A stretch of DNA of 64,000 nt from an uncultured Planctomycetota bacterium (GCA_963823665.1 CAWGMQ010000003.1:1841159-1905158), one strand, 5' to 3'. Numbered from the stretch's first letter, positions 1 to 11,135 are shown. A program made the numbers and translations. The notes: generated from the letters alone by a model not told the origin.

Positions 1-120
1 GCGGGCGCACGCACGACGTCAACCATACTATCACGAGTGCGTTGAATTTCAACGAGGTTGTATCTGTTGTGGCCGGCACGCGGAGCGGCTCACGGAGTGT
101 TGGCCGCGCCTGCATGGCAG

Positions 121-126
121 TATAAT
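121..126 (+). promoter_or_regulatory. Putative -10 box (TATAAT) upstream of the Uma2 gene
   Basis: Perfect TATAAT 28 nt upstream of ATG 154, with an AGGAGA RBS at 141-146; no clear -35. Confidence 0.45.
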
Positions 127-153
127 TGGGCACGCACCGAAGGAGACACAAGC

Positions 154-789
154 ATGTCGACGATCACGAGACCGCCTCTGCAGTCGAGGTGGGTCCCAAA
201 ACGCCTGGCGCGGCTAACTGTCGGCCAGTACGAGGCGATGGTCGACGCCGGCGTGTTCGCCAAGCGCGATCGGTTTACTCTCATCAACGGATTCCTGGTG
301 GCCAAAGTGCCGAAGAGCCCACGCCATACCTTCGTCGCCAAGAATCTCGTCAGAAAACTCCAGAGGCTGGTCCCCTCCGGCTGGGATTTCCGGATCGAGG
401 GTGCGATAGGACTGGCGTTTTCCAAGCCAGAGCCCGACGTTTCGATCGCGCGTGGAGACATCGAAGACTACACCGCTCGCGATCCAGGGCCGGCTGATCT
501 GGCAATGGTCGTCGAAATCGCCGCGTCGAGCGTTTCGGAGGATCGGCAGATGGCAAAGGTCTACGGTCCGGCTGGCATCCCGGTTTACTGGATCGTCAAT
601 TTAAAGGCCCGCCAAGTCGAAGTCTATTCACTTTTAAAGCGGCGGGGGACTTCTGGCTACGGCAGGCCTCGGGTCTTCATGGTGGGGCAATCAGTGCCCG
701 TCATGTTCGAGGGCCTGGAGGTAGGGCGACTGGCCGTGGCCGACATCGTGCCGCTCTTCGAGCCGGCGGCCGGCGGCAACGGGGCTTGA
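154..789 (+). CDS. Uma2/DUF820 family putative PD-(D/E)XK endonuclease
   Basis: Motifs LTVGQYEAMVDAG, PEPDVSI, VVEIAASS, YGPAGIPVYWIVNL; start chosen from AGGAGA RBS. Confidence 0.85.
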   Translation: MSTITRPPLQSRWVPKRLARLTVGQYEAMVDAGVFAKRDRFTLINGFLVAKVPKSPRHTFVAKNLVRKLQRLVPSGWDFRIEGAIGLAFSKPEPDVSIARGDIEDYTARDPGPADLAMVVEIAASSVSEDRQMAKVYGPAGIPVYWIVNLKARQVEVYSLLKRRGTSGYGRPRVFMVGQSVPVMFEGLEVGRLAVADIVPLFEPAAGGNGA

Positions 790-860
790 CCGTTCCATGG
801 CAAACTTCCGTCCGACGAGCAACCTTTATCCGTCAGACCATTCAAGCCAGCCACCAGATC

Positions 861-1766
861 ATGAAACGAATCAAACTCGCGACCCATGGCCCAGAATTCT
901 CGCGCATGGTTTATGGCACGTGGCGGCTGCTCGAGGCGAGGTCGACCTCACAGGCAATCAACCGCCGGCTCCATGCCTGCGTCGATCTCGGCATCACGAC
1001 CATTGATACCGCGGAGATTTACGGTAACTACGAAGTGGAGCAACAACTCGGTGAGGCGCTCGCCTTGTCGCCGGGATTGCGTGATCAACTCGAGCTGGTC
1101 ACGAAGGCCGGTATTTATGTGCCTTGCTCGCACCATCCCGAACGCCGCACGGCTCATTACAACGCCACTGGCCCGCGTTTGATCAAAAGCCTCGAAAAAT
1201 CCCTGCGCCTGCTCGGCACCGACCATGTCGAACTGTTTCTCGTCCATCGCCCCGACTGGCTGACGCGAGCCGACGACACGGCCGCGGGATTGAATGAGCT
1301 CTTGGGCAACGGCAAGATTCGCGCAGCGGGCGTGTCCAACTACAGTGCTTCGCAGTTTGATCTGCTCTACTCGCGGATGGAACAACCGCTCGTGACGAAC
1401 CAGATCGAGTTCCACCTGCTGCACCCGGAGCCAATCGACGACGGCACATTGCATCAGTGCGAGAAACTTGGCCTGCACCCGATGGCGTGGAGCCCGCTCG
1501 CGGGTGGGCGAATCTTTGATCCAATCAATCCCGCCGCGGGCCGTCTGGCTGCGGCAGCGAAGAACATGTCGTCCCGTTACAACGCGGCACCGCTGGAACA
1601 GCTAGCGTACGCCTGGATTCTCGCGCACCCGAGTCAACCGCTTGCTGTCTTCGGCACGAACAAACTCGAACGCCTGCAATCCGCCGCGCAGGCCGACTCC
1701 ATCGTGCTGGAACGTGAAGACTGGTATGCGCTCTGGGAAGCGGCGCAAGGCCGAAGGATTCCCTGA
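861..1766 (+). CDS. Aldo/keto reductase (YdhF-like)
   Basis: GITTIDTAEIYG, LVTKAGI, LFLVHRPD, GVSN, NQIEFH, AWSPLAGG motifs. Confidence 0.92.
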   Translation: MKRIKLATHGPEFSRMVYGTWRLLEARSTSQAINRRLHACVDLGITTIDTAEIYGNYEVEQQLGEALALSPGLRDQLELVTKAGIYVPCSHHPERRTAHYNATGPRLIKSLEKSLRLLGTDHVELFLVHRPDWLTRADDTAAGLNELLGNGKIRAAGVSNYSASQFDLLYSRMEQPLVTNQIEFHLLHPEPIDDGTLHQCEKLGLHPMAWSPLAGGRIFDPINPAAGRLAAAAKNMSSRYNAAPLEQLAYAWILAHPSQPLAVFGTNKLERLQSAAQADSIVLEREDWYALWEAAQGRRIP

Positions 1767-1891
1767 GTCAGAATGGGCATCAACCGTCCAATTTGAAAGC
1801 GTCGATTGTCGCGGCCGAGCAGGCGGCCGGTCTTGAGTTTTTCGAGCCACGCTCGCCACCGTTCGGCTTGGCTGCCGGGTCGCCGAGAGGA

Positions 1892-2272
1892 TCAAGCGAC
1901 CGAATCAGTCGCGGACTGATGAATCCGCTTGAGGCAGATCGAGAGCTCCCGCTTGACGTCGGCTCTCGCCGCATCGGAGAGAGGACCGGCAAGTGCAGCG
2001 CGATAAAGATTGGCAGCGCGGCTCAATTCACCGGACTTCGCGAAACAACCAGCGGCGCTGACACGGTGCAGTGCGGCCTCGGCATCACGGCCGATCACAT
2101 CGAACAAAGGCGCGATACGTTCTTCGTACGACGCTGCGCACGACCACACGGGCCCAACCGTTTCCTCCAAGCCCATGTCAGAAAATGCCTGCGCCTTCGA
2201 GAGTAGGCGAGATTTTTCGGCCATCAGAGCCTTTACGCGCTCGCCGTATGGCTTAGGCTGGCGATTGGTCAT
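1892..2272 (-). CDS. Hypothetical helical protein (126 aa)
   Basis: MTNRQ...DSVA ORF; ATG overlaps the TGA of the upstream ORF (ATGA at 2269-2272). Confidence 0.6.
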   Translation of the reverse strand: MTNRQPKPYGERVKALMAEKSRLLSKAQAFSDMGLEETVGPVWSCAASYEERIAPLFDVIGRDAEAALHRVSAAGCFAKSGELSRAANLYRAALAGPLSDAARADVKRELSICLKRIHQSATDSVA

Positions 2273-2652
2273 CGACCGGCTCCTGAACACGGTGAAAGGA
2301 AAAGCGAATGCGGTGACCCCGGGACGAGAAAACGCAGACCATAACATAGGCGTCCCAACCAAGCGGGTTGGCCATGGCTTGTGCGCCTTTCTGCCGATGG
2401 CGCCGGGTGAGTTGGCTGTGGATCGCGGTAACAGTCGACGTCGAGAAACGCGGGCGGCCCACCGTGACGAGCGAGCATTGCAACGCAGGCGACGACCTGG
2501 GGTTCGACAAAGAACCACGGATGCCACGTCGCCAAATCCTCGATGTTACAGCGTAGCGTGCGCACGATCACCCCTGAGTTCGCATCGACCTTCGACTCCG
2601 CCAAGCGATGAATTTGCCGGTCGCCTAAAGAGTTTCCCACGAGGGAACTCAC
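2253..2652 (-). pseudogene. Probable disrupted partner gene
   Basis: Protein-like N-terminal part (EDLATWHPWFFVEPQVVACVAML) in frame 2269..2652 and C-terminal part (RRHRQKGAQAMANPLGWDAYVMVCVFS) in frame 2253..2510. Confidence 0.4.
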
Positions 2653-2840
2653 GCGGGCAAGTCACGTGAAGCCGGTCCGCCGTTCAACGTCGGACCTCCG
2701 CGCCGTGCCGCAGCGTCCTGGAGAACTGCGGTCGCGCCCGGAGGCGGGGTCGGAGACGCCCAACATTGCGGCCGCGGGCGCTGGAACAGGCGCCGTCTCG
2801 CGCGCCCACCATCGCACCGACCGAGCCCGCGCAACACCGA

Positions 2841-4034
2841 TCAGTAAACCGGCAGGCTGGGGTCGACATCCTTGATCCACGCCAGAATGCCGCCTGTCAA
2901 GTTCTTGAGGCGGGTGAATCCGGCCGCTTGCATAACCCCAATCGCCTTCGCGCTTCGCATCCCGCTCTTGCAATGGACAACGTACGACCCGGACGCGTCC
3001 AGCTCGGAGAGACGGGCGGCTAGCTCCGGCAGCGGAATCACCGTCGAACCTGCAATCCGGCAGATCGCGATCTCCTCCGGGTTGCGCACGTCCAGAATAA
3101 CCGTCTCGACGCCCTGCTCCAGAAGAGCCTTGAGCTCGACGGGCGTGATCTCGCCGCTGCCGTTTGTCGCTGCCGGAGCCGCATGAACCGCCGGGGCGTG
3201 TAATCCGCAAAACTCCTGGTAATCAATCAGCTCGCGGATCGTCGCGTTTGGGCCGCAGATCGGGCACCTCGGATTCTTGCGCACCTTCATCTCGCGGAAC
3301 GTCATTTCGAGCGCATCATAGAGAAGCAACCGGCCGATCAGCGGCCTCCCGGCGCGCAGGATCAGCTTGACTGTCTCGGTCGCCTGCACCACTCCGATCA
3401 GGCCCGGCAGGATGCCGAGCACGCCCCCTTCTGCACAATTCGGCACAAGGTCCGGCGGCGGGGGCTCGGGATAGAGGCAGCGATAGCATGGGCCTTGCGG
3501 TGGGAAGAACACCGTTGCCTGGCCGTCGAACCGGAAGATCGAGCCATAGACATTCGGCTTTCCCAGCAGCACACAGGCGTCGTTCACCAGGTAACGAGTC
3601 GGGAAATTGTCGGTGCCGTCGACGATGACGTCGTAATCGGCAAACAGTTGCAGCGCGTTCGAGCTGTCGATCGTCTGCTCGTGGGTCATGATTTTCAGGT
3701 CGGGGTTGAGCGCATGGAGCTTCTCCTCGGCGCTCTGGATCTTGGATCGGCCGACGTCACTGGTGAAATGGATGATCTGGCGCTGGAGGTTCGAGACGTC
3801 AACGACATCGAAATCGGCAAGCCCGAGTGTGCCGACTCCGGCCGCCGCGAGATAAAGGGACAGCGGCGATCCCAAGCCCCCGGTCCCGATGCAGAGCACC
3901 TTGGCGGCCTTGAGCCGCTTCTGCCCCTCCATCGCCACTTCGGGCATGATGAGATGCCGGGCATAGCGCTGAACTTGTGCTGGATTCAGGGAAACGGCTG
4001 AGACGCGATCGCCCAATAAGTCCGGTATAATCAT
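2841..4034 (-). CDS. moeB: MoeB/ThiF family adenylyltransferase with C-terminal rhodanese (MoeZ-type)
   Basis: RYARH, GTGGLG, SNLQRQ, DGTDNFPTRY, CYRC...C...CPIC, rhodanese HCKSGMRS. Confidence 0.93.
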   Translation of the reverse strand: MIIPDLLGDRVSAVSLNPAQVQRYARHLIMPEVAMEGQKRLKAAKVLCIGTGGLGSPLSLYLAAAGVGTLGLADFDVVDVSNLQRQIIHFTSDVGRSKIQSAEEKLHALNPDLKIMTHEQTIDSSNALQLFADYDVIVDGTDNFPTRYLVNDACVLLGKPNVYGSIFRFDGQATVFFPPQGPCYRCLYPEPPPPDLVPNCAEGGVLGILPGLIGVVQATETVKLILRAGRPLIGRLLLYDALEMTFREMKVRKNPRCPICGPNATIRELIDYQEFCGLHAPAVHAAPAATNGSGEITPVELKALLEQGVETVILDVRNPEEIAICRIAGSTVIPLPELAARLSELDASGSYVVHCKSGMRSAKAIGVMQAAGFTRLKNLTGGILAWIKDVDPSLPVY

Positions 4035-4149
4035 GGTTGCATCCTCGACGTTCAGCAGGCGGTTACCTTCAACATTGTATACAGAAAGAGGCGGCAGATC
4101 GCCGGTTCCTTCGCTGCGCGCTCGGACACCGGCACAATTGCCGATTCAC

Positions 4150-4614
4150 GTGGAAGAACAGATCATCGAAACCTGGGCCATCCATAATCGAATCAATCTC
4201 TACCTGCTCGACGCGATCCTGGACGACGCACTGGGCTGTTGCCTGCCGACCAAGAGCCGCTCGGTATACGATTTGTTCGCGCACATCCACAACGTGCGAT
4301 TGCTCTGGCTGAAGTCGGCCGCTCCGGCCCTGCTCGAGGGTTTGACGAAGCTGGAAACCAAGACGGTCGGGAAGAAAGCCGAGCTGCGGAAGGCCCTCGA
4401 AGCATCCGGAACTGCAATCGAAACTCTGTTGCGCGAGGCGATGGCCGCTGGCGGCAAGGTCAAGGGATTCAAGCCGCACGCAGTTGCGTTCATGGGATAC
4501 TTGATCTCGCACGAATCCCATCACCGCGGGCAGGCGGGATGGGCGCTCAAGGCGTCGGGCCGCCCTCTCGATCAGAAAACTGCGTTCGGGCTGTGGGAAT
4601 GGGGCGTGCGCTGA
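4150..4614 (+). CDS. DinB family protein
   Basis: FAHIHNVR and YLISHESHHRGQ His motifs; GTG start inferred. Confidence 0.85.
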   Translation: MEEQIIETWAIHNRINLYLLDAILDDALGCCLPTKSRSVYDLFAHIHNVRLLWLKSAAPALLEGLTKLETKTVGKKAELRKALEASGTAIETLLREAMAAGGKVKGFKPHAVAFMGYLISHESHHRGQAGWALKASGRPLDQKTAFGLWEWGVR

Positions 4615-4621
4615 ATCCGAC

Positions 4622-6085
4622 TTAGCCCGGCCACTTGCCGATCGGGCAGTCTTCGTGTGCCATCTTGATTTTCACATGGGTGAAGCAACCGCAGATCTTG
4701 CAGCGCATGCCGGTGTGGTGCTCACACGAGGCGCACGTTTGGCTTCGCTTGGCCTGCATTTCGGCGGGGGTTGTTTTCATGCCCGATCCGACGAATGTGG
4801 CCATCGCCTTGGTTGCGGACATCGCCATGCGCAACAGGCCTGGTCCGCTGTTGGCCTTCGATGCGCCCGGGCCCTGGGCTTGGCCCTGGCTCTGGCCGCC
4901 CATAACGCTGGCGACAATGGCGCCGCCCAGATACGAGTGCGGCGACGTGCTCACTCCGGCCGGCGCCGCGGCCGGGGCGTCTTCGTAGAGTCCCATCCTG
5001 TACTTTTGCAAGTGTGAGCCGTACCACGCGGCCTGGGGGCGACCCATTGCTCTGAACAGAGCTATTGATTCCTCGGCCTTGGCGATCGCGAGGTCGCGCT
5101 GGCCGAGCTCGGCGTATTGAATGCCCTGGTACCAGAGCAAGTTGGCGGCCTGCATTCGATCGCCGACGAGATTCGCCAGACCCAGCGCCTGGTCGAAGCA
5201 GCTCAGTGCGGTGGCAAACTCGCGGAGGTGCCAGTGCGCGAGCCCGAGGCGCTCCAACGCGGTTTTTTCACCGAGGTGATCGCGTTTGGCGCGGGCAAAG
5301 GCCAGACCGTGCTCGAACATCTGCCGCGCTCGCGGGGCCTGACCGACGCCCAGCATCGCCAGGCCGAGATTGCCTACGACGTCGACTTCGCGCTCGCGGT
5401 CGGCGAGCTCGCGAGTGATCTGGAGAGCTGATTCGAGCGCCGCGACCGCGCCTGCGTGGTCGCCTTCGCTGAGCTTGGTCACCCCCACGTCGGTGAGCGC
5501 CGTGGCCTCGGCAGCGCGGTTGCCGGCCGTGCGTGCGGCGGCCAGGAGAAGCTCGGCCTGGTCGCGCGGGGTGCCCGTCATCGTCGGGTCCGGCGGAGGA
5601 GCGGCGGGATGCTCGGGGCTTGCGGTCTGCGATTCGATGCCGGAGACCAGGTAAAGTTCCTTGCAAAGGCGTCTGACGCGCTTCGCGTGCGGCCAGGCGG
5701 CTTGAACGAGCGATTCGTCAATCGGGGTCTCGGCCGCCGGCGACCAGACCAGCAGCAGATCGGCATTGCGCTCGCCGCATTGCTCCGAAGACGAGCCGTC
5801 GGGGAGCGAAAAATCCCGGTTCTTGCTCGACTTGCGCAGCGAGCCCCAAAGCCGGCTCAGCCCGCCTCGGAGCCGCTGCCTGGCGCGCATCGACGTGGCC
5901 GGGGTGGCGAATAGCCCCTGCTCCGAGACGATCTCGCCGCGGATGACGTTGCCGACGCGCTCCCAGTACTGAAAGGTCGCGTCGCGGTCATCAGGAATCC
6001 AGAGGACCAGCCGGTTGCCGTCCGAAATCGGTTCGGTCAGGATTCCCGATTCAAATGCAAAGGTCCGCCAGTCGGGTAGGTTCAT
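4622..6085 (-). CDS. TPR protein with C-terminal Cys-rich (DUF6171-like) domain
   Basis: Central TPR helices; C-terminus CASCEHHTGMRCKICGCFTHVKIKMAHEDCPIGKW; start overlaps the fabF stop (ATGA). Confidence 0.75.
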   Translation of the reverse strand: MNLPDWRTFAFESGILTEPISDGNRLVLWIPDDRDATFQYWERVGNVIRGEIVSEQGLFATPATSMRARQRLRGGLSRLWGSLRKSSKNRDFSLPDGSSSEQCGERNADLLLVWSPAAETPIDESLVQAAWPHAKRVRRLCKELYLVSGIESQTASPEHPAAPPPDPTMTGTPRDQAELLLAAARTAGNRAAEATALTDVGVTKLSEGDHAGAVAALESALQITRELADREREVDVVGNLGLAMLGVGQAPRARQMFEHGLAFARAKRDHLGEKTALERLGLAHWHLREFATALSCFDQALGLANLVGDRMQAANLLWYQGIQYAELGQRDLAIAKAEESIALFRAMGRPQAAWYGSHLQKYRMGLYEDAPAAAPAGVSTSPHSYLGGAIVASVMGGQSQGQAQGPGASKANSGPGLLRMAMSATKAMATFVGSGMKTTPAEMQAKRSQTCASCEHHTGMRCKICGCFTHVKIKMAHEDCPIGKWPG

Positions 6086-7341
6086 GCGGGTCGATTCGCC
6101 GTGTATCGGCGGATGAGCAGGCTGGCATTATGACCGCCGAACCCGAAACTGTTGGACATCACCGTGTCGACGCGGGCTTCGCGTGCAACGTTGGGGATGT
6201 AGTCGAGGTCGCAGCCTTCGCCGGGGTGGTCGAGATTGATGGTCGGGGGAAGCACGCCGTTGTGAATTGCGAGGGCCGAAATGATCAGCTCCACCCCGCC
6301 CGAAGCGCCGAGCAGGTGGCCGAGCTGGCTCTTGGTGCTCGAGATCTGGAGATTCGGCGCTTGATTTCCGAAGACCTGCTTCATCGCGCGGGTTTCGGCC
6401 AGGTCGCCCAATGGGGTGCTCGTGCCGTGAGCATTGATGTATCCGACAGCCTCGGGACCCAGCCGCGCGTCTTTCAAGCAGGCGTTCATGGCCCGCATCG
6501 CGCCACGGCCTTCCTCATCCGGTGCCGTGATGTGCGACCCGTCGGCCGACATGCCGTAGCCCACCACCTCGGCATAGATTCTCGCTCCGCGGCGGACGGC
6601 CACCTCTTCGGCCTCGAGCACCAGAATGCCCGCACCTTCGGCCAGGATGAACCCGTCGCGATCGCGGTCGAATGGCCGGCTGGCGCGCGTCGGATCGTCG
6701 TTGCGCGTGGAGAGGGCTCGCATCGAGGCAAAGCCGCCGAGCCCCATATGCGTGATCGCCGCTTCGCTGCCGCCGGTGATCATGACGTCGGCATGTTCGG
6801 ACTGGATGAGGCGGTACGCGTCGCCGATGGCGTTGGCCGCCGAAGCACAGGCCGTGGCCACCGCCGAGCACGGGCCTTTGAGCCCCCAGCGGATCGAGAC
6901 CTGCCCGCTGGCGGCATTCACCATGAGCTTCGGTATCACGAACGGGCTGATCCGCGACGGCCCCTTCTGCATCATGATCGTGTGCTGGCTCTCAAACTCG
7001 TTGAGCCCGCCGATCCCCGACCCAATCAAGACGCCGCAGTTTTCAGAGGGAAGCGCCGAGAAATCGATTCCGGAGTCGTCGACCGCGGAAATCGCCGCTG
7101 CCAGCGCGAACTGCGCGAAGCGATCGAGATGCCGCGCCTCCTTGACGCCGAACCGGGCCGCGGCATCCCAATCATGCACCTGGCCGCCGAAATGGACGCG
7201 AAACTCGGTGGTGTCAAAAAGCGTGAGCGTGCCGACGCCGCTCTGACCGGCGCAGAGTGCGTCCCAGAACCGCCCGAGATCCTCACCAAGCGACGTGACC
7301 ACTCCCATGCCGGTAATCACGACACGGCGTGCATGTGCCAT
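6082..7341 (-). CDS. fabF: 3-oxoacyl-ACP synthase II
   Basis: RRVVITGMG, TACAS catalytic Cys, INAHGTST, KSQLGHLLGA, SNSFGFGGHN. Confidence 0.97.
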   Translation of the reverse strand: MAHARRVVITGMGVVTSLGEDLGRFWDALCAGQSGVGTLTLFDTTEFRVHFGGQVHDWDAAARFGVKEARHLDRFAQFALAAAISAVDDSGIDFSALPSENCGVLIGSGIGGLNEFESQHTIMMQKGPSRISPFVIPKLMVNAASGQVSIRWGLKGPCSAVATACASAANAIGDAYRLIQSEHADVMITGGSEAAITHMGLGGFASMRALSTRNDDPTRASRPFDRDRDGFILAEGAGILVLEAEEVAVRRGARIYAEVVGYGMSADGSHITAPDEEGRGAMRAMNACLKDARLGPEAVGYINAHGTSTPLGDLAETRAMKQVFGNQAPNLQISSTKSQLGHLLGASGGVELIISALAIHNGVLPPTINLDHPGEGCDLDYIPNVAREARVDTVMSNSFGFGGHNASLLIRRYTANRPA

Positions 7342-7428
7342 AGCGCCACTGATAGTTAGAAAACCGCCGCCTGGAATGAATGGCTCCGCGCGATCTCCGC
7401 CGCGATGCCTGCGGAGACCGCACCTCTC

Positions 7429-7668
7429 TCACTTGGCGTGCGCATGCTGTTCGATGTACTCAATTGCCTGGCCGACCGTCTGAATTTTCTCGGCCTCCTC
7501 GTCCGGGATGGTGATGTCGAACTCTTCTTCGAATTCCATCACCAACTCCACCGTATCGAGGGAGTCGGCACCAAGGTCATTGACGAAGGAGGTCTCCTTG
7601 GTGACCTGGTCCTTGGAGACACCCATCTGCTCGCTCACGATTTCGATCACACGCTCTTCCACGGACAC
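7429..7668 (-). CDS. acpP: Acyl carrier protein
   Basis: [20 protein letters not shown] phosphopantetheine motif. Confidence 0.98.
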   Translation of the reverse strand: MSVEERVIEIVSEQMGVSKDQVTKETSFVNDLGADSLDTVELVMEFEEEFDITIPDEEAEKIQTVGQAIEYIEQHAHAK

Positions 7669-7908
7669 GGGCGAACCTCCTCGTCTCGTCTACTGACATT
7701 CCCGCAAACACAAAATCGTACGCTCTCGGCACGCCGGCCGTGAAAATCAGGCGAGCCACTTCGGCGGCAGGCAATGGCGCTACAGGCCGTGAGACCGAAA
7801 ATCGAGCACGGGGACATAGCTTTGAAGGTCAAAAAATCCGCCGAAACAGCTTCCCGCCACCGGCGAACGTAACGACCTCGCGAACCCCGATCCCCACAAA
7901 CACGACTC

Positions 7909-7945
7909 AACTTAGCATCATCCTACCTAAATGTCCATTGGACAT
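7909..7945 (-). promoter_or_regulatory. Putative sigma70 promoter of acpP-fabF with an overlapping palindrome
   Basis: Minus strand TGGACA(7937-7932)-N17-TAAGTT(7914-7909) with extended TG; ATGTCCA-T-TGGACAT inverted repeat at 7931-7945. Confidence 0.5.
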
Positions 7946-8350
7946 CGTATTCCATCCTGGACGCAATTCTTCCCCGCGATCGCGCCGAAAACAAGGGCCA
8001 ATCCTTCGTACGAAGGAGTGAACACGCCGCCCTCAAGCGAATGGAACGAGTAGAAGGAGCCGTTTGCCGTGCTTTCGCAGTCTTTGCATCTTTACTAGAC
8101 ATCCTAAGGGTCCACATTCATGCCCGTTCTGGGGGACGGTGGGTCGCGAAGATGTGATCGGGGCATGCGTTCTGAGGTGCGCTCGTCGTCCGGTGCATCC
8201 AATCCATCGCAAGCCGTGTGAAGCCGGTGGGTTGCACCCATCTTCCAAGGCTGCATGGATCCTGCCTCTGGGCTCTCGTGGCCGCGCCGAAAATCTGCTA
8301 GTGTTTTGTTTACATCAATCACGAGCCGGGCCGGTCACAGGGGGCGTTAC

Positions 8351-11102
8351 ATGTTCCACCTTGATTTGTCCGCAATGCGCCTGCGATCTCGACTGACGTT
8401 CGCGAGAACGATGGTGCTCTTTGCAAGCTATGTCGTGGCACTTGCGTGTGATCCCGGGAGCGGCGCGGTCGCTTTCGGCGTGCGGCCGATCGAGCAGGCC
8501 TCCGGCGCGGTTGAGCCTCAAAAAGACATTGCTGGCCGCGATGGAGAAGCCGAACGAAAGTTGCTGGCCGAGCTGCAGTCGGCCATCGAGGCGCACGCCG
8601 ATCACCTTGAGTTCTCGCGGCTCGATCGCGAGCTGGCGGCGGCTTTTCGCCGTTACGGTCTGGATCTCGATGTGGTTGATCCCAAGGCCGCCGGAGCGCG
8701 GCTGGCCGGTCGGCCGGAGACTCCCGAGATCGCCGCGGTGCTCGATGAGTGGTGCCGCGTGCGGCGATCGAGACTGAAAGTCGACACGTGGCGAAAGCTG
8801 GCCGCAGTGGCGCGGGCCGCTGATCAGGACCCATGGCGGAACGCAATACGCGACCAATGTGACCGGCCGATCGCTGATGCATTGCCCGTCCTCGCGGCAC
8901 GGGCCGCCGATGCGCGGGAGCTTGAAAAGCAGCCGGTGAACAGCCTGGTCGTGCTCTCGCAGATGCTCGTCGAGGCAGACGACCGGCCGAGCACCATCGC
9001 GGTCTTGCAGGTTGGCAGGCGAAGGTTCCCACGGGATTTCTGGGTCTGCATGATGCTGGGACGTGCGCATTACGAGAAGCTGCCGAAGCCCGAACTCGCA
9101 GAGGCCGCGCGGTTGTGTGCAGCGGCGGTGGCGCTGCGGCCCAAGAGCCTGTTTGCCCACGCGTACCTGGCGACGGCCTTGCATCGCCATGGGAAATTGA
9201 CCGAGGCGGCAGCCGAGCTTCGTGAGGCGACCGCGCTCAAGCCCCAGAACGCAGAGAGCCACCTCGCGCTGGGATATGCTCTCGAACAGATCGGGAAGCG
9301 CGATCTGGCGATTGCCGAGTACCGCGAGGCGATCCGGCTGAAACCCGGTGATGCCCAGCTTCACTCCTACCTGGGGACGGCCCTGTCGGTGCAGGGCAAG
9401 CACGACGAGGCCATTGCCGAATGCCGGGAGGCGGTCCGGCTGACGCCCGATGATGCGGATGCTCAGCTCATCTTGGGCTATGCACTCTGTCAAGCCGGCA
9501 AGATCGACGACGGGATCGCCAGCTATCGTAAATCGATCCGCATCACACCCGCTCAGGCCAAGGCGCAGTCCTACCTGGGAAGCGCTCTTCTGCAACAGCA
9601 CAAATTTGACGAGGCCATGAGTGCTTTTCGCGAGGCGCTCCGGCTCAAGCCGCAGGATCCCGAATGCCATCGCCGCCTTGGCGGAGCTCTGCTCGCGCAG
9701 GGAAAAGTGGACGAGGCCGTCCCGTCGTTCCGCGAGGCGATCCGGCTCAATCGCGACGACGGCGAGGCGCACTTCAATCTCGGCATGGTCTTGAGCAGAC
9801 TAGGAAAGCAGCAGGAAGCCAACGCAGAATTTGATGAGGCGAAACGCCTCGAGCTGAACAATCCACACGTCCTGCTCGACCTCGGGCACGCGCTCATGCG
9901 CGCCGGCAAGGTGGACGATGCGATCGCCAAGTTTCGCGACGCGGTCCGGCTGATGCCGGGCGATGCGCAGGCGCAGCATGTACTTCGGTGCCGCGTTATC
10001 GCTCAAGGGTCAGCAAGAGGAGGCCATAACCGCACTGCGCGAGTCCGTTCGCCTCGCGCCGGAGAACGCACAAGCCCAGCACGGCCTCGCCTTTGCGCTG
10101 GCCACAAGCGGCAAGTTCGACGAAGCGATTGTTGCGTATCGCGCGGCGATCCGGCTCAAACCCGACGATGCCCGGGCTCACATGGGCCTGGCTTCCATAT
10201 TGACCAAGCAGGGCAAGCGCCAAGAGGCTGAGCATGAATTCGCCGAGGCCAAGCGTCTGAAAGCGGATGATGGCGGATTGCAGCTCGCCGTCGGGTACTC
10301 GCTGGAACAGGCCGGCAAGCTCGACGAAGCCATCGCGGCTTTTCGGGAGGCGGTGCGGATCGCGCCCGGCGATTCCCAGGCTCACCTCTACCTCGGGTCT
10401 GCTCTTTCACGGCGGGGAAAGCGCGACGAGGGGATCGCCGCTCTTCGCGAGGCCGTCCGGATCGCGCCCGGTGTCGCCAGTAACCAGCTCGGCCTCGGTT
10501 ACGCCTTATCGGAAGCCGGCAAGCTCGACGAAGCGATCGACGCCTATCGCGAGGCCGTCCGAATCGAGCCCGGCAATGCCCGGACTCACTTGTACCTCGG
10601 GTCGGCGCTATCGCGGCAGGAAAAGCACGAGCAAGGCATCGCCGCGCTCCGCGAGGGGGTCCGGCTCGCGCCCGACGACGCGGAGATCCGGATCGGACTT
10701 GGTTACGCCTTCTCGTCAGCCGGCAAGCTCGACGAAGCGATCGACGCCTATTGCGAGGCGATCCGGATCAAACCGGCGAACGCACAGGCTTACATGTATC
10801 TCGGGGCGATGCTCTTGCAACAGGAAAAGCCGGATGAGGCCGTCACTGCATTGCGAGAGGCGATCAAGCTCAAGCCCGATGACGTGCACACTCATTTCAG
10901 CCTGGCCTTCGCACTTCAGCGAGCAGAGAAGCTCGATGAGGCGATCGCCGCGTACCGCGAAACGATTCGTCTCAAGCCCGACTACGCCGAGGCCCACTAC
11001 AACCTGGGCACCGCCTTGCTTGCCAACGGCAATGACGATGAGGCGAAGGCCGAATTCGACGAGGCCAGGCGGTTGAAGCCTGACATTGATGACGAACCGT
11101 GA
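8351..11102 (+). CDS. Putatively exported TPR protein, paralog 1 (one apparent frameshift near 9976)
   Basis: MF-start with hydrophobic leader, AAAFRRYGLDLD...AADxDPWRNA domain, then 34-aa TPRs continuing across ORFs 8255..10231 and 9963..11102; ends KPDIDDEP. Confidence 0.8.
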
Positions 11103-11135
11103 TTCCATTCTCGCGCCTGGGTGCAGGGGTGTCGC

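Noticed and set aside
6055..7359. 434-aa plus-strand ORF
   Set aside because: Antisense shadow of fabF, typical of high-GC DNA
8315..9772. 485-aa minus-strand ORF
   Set aside because: Antisense shadow of TPR paralog 1
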